Shown here piece after piece: positions 45,081 through 52,606 of a stretch of DNA of 64,000 nt; position 1 is the stretch's first letter, and each line of letters starts with the position of its first letter. The translations under genes were made by a program, and so were the position numbers. Under the pieces are notes generated by a model. That model had not been told where the DNA came from. It did no database searches and saw only the letters and a program-made list of their open reading frames with translations. Source of the stretch: a virus; IMG/VR virus record IMGVR_UViG_3300045988_087149, positions 33,102 to 97,101 of that record. One strand, 5' to 3'.

Positions 45081-45622
45081 TATTCATCCACCTCATATCC
45101 CAATTCAATCAACGTCATAATAGCATAATTAGCCATATCAAGCAACGTGTCCTCAATCTTTTCGTCTTTGACTTGAGCATCATATGATACAGCAAGTGAC
45201 ATGAGCCGATTCATCTTATCACTAAGACGGGTCACAGCGCTGATAATGCCGAGCTTTTTGTATGTATCGCCAAACGAATCACCATAATCATGATTCTTTG
45301 CTTTATACACCTGATTGAGCTTCTGACAGATTGCGTAATGCTGCGCTACCTTGGGTTCGATATTCGACTTGAAATCATCGGGTTCTTTGTTGCAACATTC
45401 AGCTTCAGCATTTTCACAAGCTGCTGAGTCTAGTTCTTTATACCAGTTATAACACTTATTGAGCATATCATCGCTCATTCCATCAAATGCGCATCCACGC
45501 TCATTTGTAAAAAGATTTACTTCTTCGTCGTACAAATTTTTTAATTCACAATTATCACATTTTTCATATATGCCACAATACCATTCAAGTGTATTAACTT
45601 TTTCTGCTCTTGTCATACTCAT
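45080..45622 (-). CDS. DUF1599-like protein with Cys-rich N-terminal extension (180 aa)
   Basis: KNHDYGDSFGDTYKKLGIISAVTRLSDKMNRLMSL resembles the DUF1599 core (from memory). Confidence 0.45.
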   Translation of the reverse strand: MSMTRAEKVNTLEWYCGIYEKCDNCELKNLYDEEVNLFTNERGCAFDGMSDDMLNKCYNWYKELDSAACENAEAECCNKEPDDFKSNIEPKVAQHYAICQKLNQVYKAKNHDYGDSFGDTYKKLGIISAVTRLSDKMNRLMSLAVSYDAQVKDEKIEDTLLDMANYAIMTLIELGYEVDE

Positions 45623-45640
45623 TTATCCTCCGTAAATTAT

Positions 45641-45856
45641 TCAGTCATTCAACATGACATTTTCAATATTTTCATACATTGTCCAATCTTCATCGAGTTT
45701 GGCTTTAACTGACTCAAATGGGCGATATTCAATGCCGTCTTTTTCTTCATACCGCCAGTCACAATCTAGGCAAGCCCATACATCAATAGGCGGCAATGTG
45801 CAAATACAAGTATGGTAAATATCGCCACCACATTTAGGACAAGTATAGATAATCAT
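45641..45856 (-). CDS. Zinc-ribbon hypothetical protein (71 aa)
   Basis: ORF track. CPKCGG ... CLDC. Confidence 0.5.
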   Translation of the reverse strand: MIIYTCPKCGGDIYHTCICTLPPIDVWACLDCDWRYEEKDGIEYRPFESVKAKLDEDWTMYENIENVMLND

Positions 45857-45860
45857 TTAT

Positions 45861-46157
45861 TCATCCTCCATTTCTTTTTTTTGTCATTCTGACAATATTT
45901 GCGGCTTCTTCTTTTGTCAGGTTATCGTCAAAAGCACAACCCACATTTGAGATAACTAAATCGATGCCATATCCTCCATCCAACGGGTCGACATAAATAT
46001 TATCCGCATAATACCTTAGAAATTCTTCAAATGTATCAAATGAACCAATTTCATAATCACTATCGCCACATTGCTCACAATATAATTCATCAAATGGAAT
46101 ATAATCATCTGATGTATAAAGCCCTCCAAGATGATTTTCATACACATACACACTCAT
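45861..46157 (-). CDS. Hypothetical protein (98 aa)
   Basis: ORF track. Confidence 0.5.
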   Translation of the reverse strand: MSVYVYENHLGGLYTSDDYIPFDELYCEQCGDSDYEIGSFDTFEEFLRYYADNIYVDPLDGGYGIDLVISNVGCAFDDNLTKEEAANIVRMTKKRNGG

Positions 46158-47339
46158 TTATTCATTCTCCTCATTTTCATCACAATCTTCATCTACAAAA
46201 TGGACATCTACGTTAAAAAATTCTTTTAGTACATCAATAGCCTCTTTTGGCTCGATGCGGAAAAATTCTCTATCAGGGTTGACCCGCTCTTTGTCAAAAT
46301 ATTTATGGATATTATTTTCTAGCTCAAAACAGTCATCGCTAAATACGAAGCAATGAGCGTGGTACGGTTCTGGCAAGCTGCTTGAGCTAAGTTCGCGCAC
46401 TCTCAATGCAGGATTCAATCTTCTAGTACAACCGAGCTTCACCAATCCGGGTAGACTAGGTGAACTAATGACATATAGCCAACCAGCCTTACTATGCGAC
46501 TCACGATAAGCAATAGAATCAAGCCGCTTATCAATACTAGCTAATTGAGATTTAATCCTATTGCGCTCATCATCTGTTAACGCCTTATCAAACGCAATAT
46601 TCATTGCTTTCTTTTCTTCTAGCAACTTGGCGCGTTCTCTAGCAATATCAGCAAGCAACTGTTCTTGCTCTCTCAATCTGCGCTTTTCTTCACGGATTCG
46701 CGCTTTTTCTTCTTTCTGCTTGACTTTGATAGCCAAGTTAATATCGAGCATATCAAGCCGCGCCTTTACATATTCAGCATTAAGCGCCAATCCGACCTTA
46801 TTTGCTTTAGACTGATAAGAATTAAATTTATTCTTAATCAATTCTTTGCTCTTAGCAATATTGCCTGTTGTTACAGATTTTTCTTTGCTGTCAATATATC
46901 CTGACATAGCATAGCACAATCCGCGCCCATATACATCCTGCATTTCTTTTCCACGTCTGTCTGAGCCGTTTAGCGTATATCCTTGCTCAATGCGATACAA
47001 GCCAGTGTTCGCAGCAGATTCAATTTTGCTTTGCAGCTCATAACGCTTATGCTCAAGTTCATCTAGCGAATCCTGATAATATGGAATATTATAATCCTGC
47101 ATTTCTTCAATGGCATGGATTTTACCATTTAGAGCATCAAGAACGGATTGAGCCGTTTTTGCAGATCGCATGGTGTTTTCATATTGATGCGCAGCAATTT
47201 GACGATGTTCATCATAGTTATCAATTTCTGCTTGCATACTAGAAATATCTGCTTTGAGTTGAGCAATCTGCTCTTCAAGCTCTTTCTTCTTCTTGTTCAG
47301 CTTGAAAGTCTCGAACATGCTTAGCCGCCTCCTTGCCAA
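46158..47339 (-). CDS. Coiled-coil (DUF4041-like) protein with C-terminal T5orf172 / GIY-YIG-like domain (393 aa)
   Basis: Long heptad-rich N-terminus. C-terminal GWLYVISSPSLPGLVKLGCTRRLNPALRVRELSSS ... EFFRI matches the T5orf172 (MUG113) pattern. Confidence 0.6.
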   Translation of the reverse strand: MARRRLSMFETFKLNKKKKELEEQIAQLKADISSMQAEIDNYDEHRQIAAHQYENTMRSAKTAQSVLDALNGKIHAIEEMQDYNIPYYQDSLDELEHKRYELQSKIESAANTGLYRIEQGYTLNGSDRRGKEMQDVYGRGLCYAMSGYIDSKEKSVTTGNIAKSKELIKNKFNSYQSKANKVGLALNAEYVKARLDMLDINLAIKVKQKEEKARIREEKRRLREQEQLLADIARERAKLLEEKKAMNIAFDKALTDDERNRIKSQLASIDKRLDSIAYRESHSKAGWLYVISSPSLPGLVKLGCTRRLNPALRVRELSSSSLPEPYHAHCFVFSDDCFELENNIHKYFDKERVNPDREFFRIEPKEAIDVLKEFFNVDVHFVDEDCDENEENE

Positions 47340-47505
47340 AAATCTTGTCTATATGCTTATCAAAATCCAACGGATTATTGCTTTTTGCTAAAATCTGCTT
47401 AGTGCTGGTATTATATAGCTCGAATTGACCATTGCCGCAATTATTGATAATCCAGCCAGTATCGCCATATTGGACTATGGCGTTAATTTTCTTTGTTCTT
47501 GGCAT
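47275..47505 (-). CDS. Hypothetical protein (76 aa)
   Basis: ORF track. First gene after the promoter at 47526-47554. Confidence 0.5.
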   Translation of the reverse strand: MPRTKKINAIVQYGDTGWIINNCGNGQFELYNTSTKQILAKSNNPLDFDKHIDKIFGKEAAKHVRDFQAEQEEERA

Positions 47506-47525
47506 TTATTTCACCTTATACTATG

Positions 47526-47554
47526 ATTATATCACATCAATTTGCACTTGTCAA
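47526..47554 (-). promoter_or_regulatory. Sigma70-type promoter, TTGACA-17-TATAAT with TG extended -10
   Basis: Reverse complement reads cTTGACAagtgcaaattgatgtgaTATAAT. Confidence 0.65.
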
Positions 47555-47586
47555 GTATAATTTTTGACAAATTGATTTTTCACATC

Positions 47587-47632
47587 AATTTAACTATTAT
47601 CTACGAATTTATGAGTAGATAATAGTTAAATT
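47587..47632. repeat. Perfect 18-bp inverted repeat with a 10-nt spacer
   Basis: AATTTAACTATTATCTAC-gaatttatga-GTAGATAATAGTTAAATT. Confidence 0.85.
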
Positions 47633-47729
47633 GTAATTATATATTATTATATATACTAATAGATATTATAGCATATAGATATTACAGTATTATGAACTAT
47701 ATGTTAATAAATTATGAATAAATTAGCTA

Positions 47730-47758
47730 TTGACAAATACTGTAATATATGGTATAAT
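47730..47758 (+). promoter_or_regulatory. Sigma70-type promoter, TTGACA-17-TATAAT
   Basis: TTGACAaatactgtaatatatggTATAAT. Confidence 0.7.
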
Positions 47759-47778
47759 ATATTTATAATATATAAGAA

Positions 47779-47807
47779 ATTATACCATATCAATCAATTT
47801 TTGTCAA
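47779..47807 (-). promoter_or_regulatory. Sigma70-type promoter, TTGACA-17-TATAAT, antisense to the flanking rightward promoters
   Basis: Reverse complement reads cTTGACAaaaattgattgatatggTATAAT. Confidence 0.6.
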
Positions 47808-47822
47808 GTAGAAATTTTAGCA

Positions 47823-47851
47823 TTGACAAATAATCAATTATATGATATAAT
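47823..47851 (+). promoter_or_regulatory. Sigma70-type promoter, TTGACA-17-TATAAT with TG extended -10
   Basis: TTGACAaataatcaattatatgaTATAAT. Confidence 0.7.
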
Positions 47852-47880
47852 AGCATTAAGCTCAAGGAGGTGGTAAGAAA

Positions 47881-48024
47881 TTGTGGAGCGAAATGAGCTA
47901 TAACTGGTATGTATCGAAAGATACGGAGCCAGAAGTATGGGATGATGAATATGAGCCAACTGAGCGTGATTGGGCGCTTTGGATATATGGTAGTTCAGAG
48001 AATGAATTAGAGGTGATTTTTTGA
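47881..48024 (+). CDS. Small acidic Trp-rich protein (47 aa), TTG start
   Basis: Below the track cutoff. AAGGAGGTGG lies 7 nt upstream. (M)WSEMSYNWYVSKDTEPEVWDDEYEPTERDWALWIYGSSENELEVIF. TTGA overlap with the RNAP start. Confidence 0.45.
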   Translation: MWSEMSYNWYVSKDTEPEVWDDEYEPTERDWALWIYGSSENELEVIF

Positions 48025-49622
48025 GCCTACAGACGCAAATTTATTTGCATTCAGTGGACACGTCATGTTTTTATGACGACAACGAAATGGCACTACATAG
48101 ACGGCTTGTTCGGTTATATTCGTTGCGCAAGCGATGGAAGGATGATGGTAAACCAGATTGGCACATCAAGTCTGTAAATCGTTTGCTTAAAAAAGAAAAG
48201 GCGCGACTATCTGAATTGCTTGATAATGCTGTGAGTCGAAATGTAACTAGAGAATTGCGTCAAGATGCTGTGACCGATAAGACGGTTGTTAATTTATTTG
48301 AATCTGATCTAACGCGAAGCTTAGGGCTTGAGCCATTCAAGTTGACCGATGAACTATTCATCATTAACGTGTTTTTCTTTCAAGTATTTAACAATCTAGT
48401 TCATCAAGGATTTATCTACAATGGTGAAAAATATTTGTTCCTTACAGCATCAGCAGGACAGATAAGGACGAAACGAGCAGTATTCGTTAAAGAATCGTCG
48501 TTTAAGCGCATTGAGCAAAAATTGATGTGCGGCTTGACCATAGACGAAATCAATGAGCGGGGAGGCATGAATCAGAATAAATTCCTTGCTTATTTGGCGC
48601 TTATGAACTCTGCTACAGATGTTTGGCAAGATTTTGACATTGACAAATCAGTTGTAGTAGATGATTGGGAAACAGCTGTTCCGGGATTGGTTGACCACAT
48701 TGATGGCGTATCGTATGAGATTCGGCGCGAAATGACAGAGACAATGATTCCTCATATGGACGGATGCGGCATCATGCTTAATGAAACAACAAGAATGGTG
48801 CGTATGCCATGGGTAAAGGGATTACTTGTTACATTTCCATTTGACAAGTTTATCAAAGAGAAATGCGGAGGTGAAGCGACTGTAATAGATATTTATGGCT
48901 ATGAGCATAAAATCATAGAGGAAGATATACGGTATATATTTACAAAGAGCCAATTCAAGCTATGGAAATTTTATGATTCGTGGGATTGCTATAAGGCGCG
49001 ATTCAAAAATTTTGGATGTAATGCCTGTTATTGCAATATAGAAGAGCCTTATATTCCAAAGAGCCGCATCAACTATCAGATGCTTCAAACATTGAGCGAT
49101 ATGACTGATAATGAGATCGACCGCATCGTTTCTAAGACTGCACAAGAGATTGATGATGTTGGCAAAGATTATCAAGTTACTATGCGGCTACTTGGCGCAA
49201 CAGAGAACAACCGTTATAAGTCGGCCATGCAAGAGGCGTTGTTGATATATCCTGAGTTGTTTAAGGATTCATATAATCGAGAAATTCTGAAGCAGACTAA
49301 AAAGAGTTTAGTAAAGCAAGCTAAGGGCGGGCGGCTTAGAGTAAATGGTAAATACCTTTTTTTAGCGCCTGACCTATATGCGTTTTGTGAATGGTTGTTC
49401 CTAGGCGAACAAAACCCGCAAGGATTGCTTGCAGATGGTGATGTATATACAAACCAATATCGAGATGAAGAAACGTTGGCTTGTTTGCGTTCGCCGCATC
49501 TATATCGAGAATGGGCAATCAGGACAAATCGACGCAGCTTAGAGCTTGATTATTGGTTTGGTGGAACTAAGTGTATATATACTAGCTGTCATGATTTAAT
49601 CAGTAGATACTTAATGTTCGAT
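48021..49622 (+). CDS. YonO/RdRP-like single-subunit RNA polymerase, exon 1 (534 codons)
   Basis: FLTASAGQIRTKRAVF and CLRSPHLYREW blocks. Ends ...RYLMFD at the 5' splice site. The TAG at 49623 is intronic. Confidence 0.7.
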
Positions 49623-50589
49623 TAGTTAGTCGCAGTCGAACCCTATGGAAACATAGGGATATAAAACGGTGTGAAGGCGTAAATGCGCCATGTCAGAAAT
49701 GGCAACGGGGAAAGTGAGTGCAACCCCGTAGGAAATAGAATGAATGAATTATTAAACTATAAGGAGGTGGAAAAATGTATAAAGAAGGAATTTATTGCCG
49801 TTGTGCATATCGAGTAAATGAAAATGGAGATTGTTATACACAAAATGGCAAATTTGAGTGGGTACATAGAGAGTGGCGATATAACAGTGATGGGTATGCT
49901 GTTGTATCAGCTTGTGGTCTAAAGCCAGACGGTACTAAGACATTCCGCTCACTTCATGTTCATGTATTAGTTGCGAGAGAATTTGTTGATGGATGGTTTG
50001 AAGGCGCAGAAGTAAATCATAAAGATTTTAACCGTGCTAATCCTGCTTGGTGGAATCTTGAGTGGTTAAGTCATAAAGATAATATTGCTTATTCGCATAA
50101 CGCTGGTAATTATAAAGGGCGGTTTGGTGAGGACAATCCAAACTATGGTAATGACACGCTACACAAGAGATACGTCGCCGAGCCTGAATTTGCCAAAGAA
50201 AAGCAGTCTCGGCCAAGAGGACAAAATGGACGTTCTGTGAAATGCTTATTATATTGTCATCAAAATATGTGTTTTGAGCATTGGTTTGATTGCCAGCGCG
50301 ACGCAGTTGATTTTCTTATTGACTATAATGTCGTAAAATCAACTTGTAATAAAGAGAGTATAATTAGCAAGCTGAAACAAGAAGATGGATATAAGGGCTG
50401 GCATCTTATTCAAGATAAATAATTCATTCATTTAAAACCTCTATCGACTATCGAAAGGATATAAATCAACCGTGTGGGTTGATTTAGAATAACTGAGTAG
50501 AGTAGGAAATGGGTGAAATTCCCATCTCCGAAGCGCACCGAGCCTAAACGGGAAACCGCATGGTTATGATATAGTCAGTAACTCCTACG
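49623..50589 (+). mobile_element. Group I self-splicing intron (967 nt) carrying an HNH homing endonuclease ORF
   Basis: P1: exon GTTCGAT (49616-49622) pairs with intron GTCGAAC (49635-49641), with U-G at the cleavage site. P10: GTCGCA (49629-49634) is the complement of exon-2 TGCGAC (50590-50595). Terminal G at 50589. GAAA-capped hairpins are present. Splicing restores the reading frame and the DxDGD motif. Confidence 0.85.
49775..50422 (+). CDS. HNH homing endonuclease (215 aa), intron-encoded
   Basis: VNHKDFNRANPAWWNLEWLSHKDN (HNH_3 / I-HmuI-like). Own AAGGAGG RBS. Confidence 0.8.
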   Translation: MYKEGIYCRCAYRVNENGDCYTQNGKFEWVHREWRYNSDGYAVVSACGLKPDGTKTFRSLHVHVLVAREFVDGWFEGAEVNHKDFNRANPAWWNLEWLSHKDNIAYSHNAGNYKGRFGEDNPNYGNDTLHKRYVAEPEFAKEKQSRPRGQNGRSVKCLLYCHQNMCFEHWFDCQRDAVDFLIDYNVVKSTCNKESIISKLKQEDGYKGWHLIQDK

Positions 50590-51561
50590 TGCGACGGAGA
50601 TAAGGCGCTTGTAGTCAAAGACCGTACTTTGTCTACAGTTGCCAAACGCAATATGCAAGATATAGTTCCTTTAGCATACGATCTCAAAAAAGCTAAGGGC
50701 GGCTTGTTAAATCCAGACAGTATGTATAATGGAATGGTAAATGCTTATACTAAGGGAAATATCGGGCCGGTTAGTAATAATATTACAAAAATATGGAATA
50801 GTGGTGAAATTACACAAGAAGAACTAGATGTAGTAAAATGGCTTTGTTTTGAGAATAACGCTGTTATAGATTGCGCTAAAACGCAATGGCTACCAGAACG
50901 ACCGAAACAAATTAATAACACAATCAAGAAATATACAAAAGCTCGTGTTCCCAATTTCTTTCAATATGCCAAAGACAAAGACCCAGATACCCAAGTAGAA
51001 CCGTCCAACAATTCCACGATGAATCGTATATCAGCCAAAATTCCTGCTTCCAGAATCCGCTATAATAGCAAGATTGGGAAATTCGACTGGACGATGCTGA
51101 TAAATAAATCAGTTGATTATACCACTAGAGAAAATTCACCAATCGTCGAACGGTATAATTGGTGGATGTGGAATCAGCGCCGATTTGATTATGGCGATGA
51201 CCCGCATATCAATGAGGACGATTTATATAAATATCGCTGCATTGCACAAGATATAGTGGAATATAGCAATAAGCCGCTAGATGTTGTTGTTAATAGCTTA
51301 GTTGCTTATTTATATACGGTCAAAAAATCAAGCAATAAGAAAATGCTGTGGGCTTGTTTTGGTTGGACGATTGTAGAGAATTTGAGAATCAATACGGCGC
51401 AACTTAATCCAATCTGCCTCATTTGCGGTAAGCGGTTTAAGCCGCGTGATGTATGCCAACATTATTGCTCTGAGGAATGCTACAAGAAAGCAGATAATCA
51501 GCGGCGCACTGAATCGCGCGAAGCTTCACCTGTCCGCACGGGGGATATGTTAAAACAGTAG
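50590..51561 (+). CDS. YonO/RdRP-like RNA polymerase, exon 2 (323 codons plus a TAG stop)
   Basis: Begins CDGDKALVVKDRT and continues in frame into track ORF 50629..51561. C-terminal CLICGKRF ... CSEEC zinc ribbon. Confidence 0.7.
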   Translation, partial: CDGDKALVVKDRTLSTVAKRNMQDIVPLAYDLKKAKGGLLNPDSMYNGMVNAYTKGNIGPVSNNITKIWNSGEITQEELDVVKWLCFENNAVIDCAKTQWLPERPKQINNTIKKYTKARVPNFFQYAKDKDPDTQVEPSNNSTMNRISAKIPASRIRYNSKIGKFDWTMLINKSVDYTTRENSPIVERYNWWMWNQRRFDYGDDPHINEDDLYKYRCIAQDIVEYSNKPLDVVVNSLVAYLYTVKKSSNKKMLWACFGWTIVENLRINTAQLNPICLICGKRFKPRDVCQHYCSEECYKKADNQRRTESREASPVRTGDMLKQ

Positions 51562-51630
51562 GAAATATATGGACAAAATGAACCCACCACAATATATTGT
51601 GGTAGACTAATAGGGAAAGGAACGATATAA

Positions 51631-52050
51631 TTGCATAAAAATAAATATCCTCGGCTAGGCAAAGCCGACATGAGTAAAGAGTTGCGGCGGCGCACAGGTG
51701 TTGATTCTAAAATCATTGAACTAGTATTAAGAAATTATCATGATATCATCCGCGAGACACTACAGCATGGTGTAGAATATTCTTTGCCAGATATTGGTGT
51801 TATTACATTTCGTGACCATCCACCAAAGCCAGCTGGTGAATATTGGAACGGATTCCAAAAGCGGCGTATGTATTACCCTGACAGACAAGGATATTATCGG
51901 CTAGAATTTAAGGCTGAGAAACATATGGCTAGTGCTGTTAAAGGTGGTACATTGTATGGGAAAGGCGCAACTAAAGAGGAATATGATGCTTGGGTATTAG
52001 AGAATTATCCAGATAACCCCAAGTTTATGAAGGAAGAAGAAGATGGCTGA
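51631..52050 (+). CDS. Divergent HU/IHF-like DNA-binding protein (139 aa; start may be the ATG at 51670)
   Basis: MSKELRRRTGVDSKIIELVLRNYHDIIRETLQHG ... DIGVITFRD ... follows the DNABII helix-helix-arm layout. Confidence 0.45.
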   Translation: MHKNKYPRLGKADMSKELRRRTGVDSKIIELVLRNYHDIIRETLQHGVEYSLPDIGVITFRDHPPKPAGEYWNGFQKRRMYYPDRQGYYRLEFKAEKHMASAVKGGTLYGKGATKEEYDAWVLENYPDNPKFMKEEEDG

Positions 52051-52606
52051 ACATAATAAGCTGAATCAAGAATTTTATGCTTATGCTGGTGGATTGCTCA
52101 ATGTATCGCCCCAGACTGCCAAGAAATACTGGATGGGGTTTGTTGATACTATTATTCATATTCTTCATTTTGATGGTAAATGCCAAATGCCAAGCATAGG
52201 CACATTTACACTGGAAGAATTGCCTGAGCGCAAAGTAATGGCTAAGAACGAGCAGGGTGAACTTGTTGAACAAATTAACCCAGCTTGGTTTAAGATATTA
52301 TATAAGTACAACGAGGATTTTCTTAATAATGTTAATGGGCGCGGCGTTACAAAGAAATATCGTAGGCGCGTCCGCGAACGTAAGTTGACACCAAATGATC
52401 TCAAGCTGATAACTCAAGCTGAAATGGAACGAACGGCAAAGCGAACATTGAAGCAGATGCAAGATGACCGTATTGAGCAAGCAAAGCAACAGAGTTATGA
52501 TGATTTTATCAATGTAATCAACAAGAAAAAAGAAGATTATGAACGGAAAAAGAAGGAAAAGGAACAGAAATTGAATGAATCTACAGAAGATACGACAAGC
52601 GACTGA
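52043..52606 (+). CDS. Divergent HU/IHF-like N-terminal domain with a basic/coiled C-terminal tail (187 aa)
   Basis: SPQTAKKYWMGFVDTIIHIL ... MPSIGTFTLEELPER ... follows the DNABII-like layout. Confidence 0.4.
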   Translation: MAEHNKLNQEFYAYAGGLLNVSPQTAKKYWMGFVDTIIHILHFDGKCQMPSIGTFTLEELPERKVMAKNEQGELVEQINPAWFKILYKYNEDFLNNVNGRGVTKKYRRRVRERKLTPNDLKLITQAEMERTAKRTLKQMQDDRIEQAKQQSYDDFINVINKKKEDYERKKKEKEQKLNESTEDTTSD

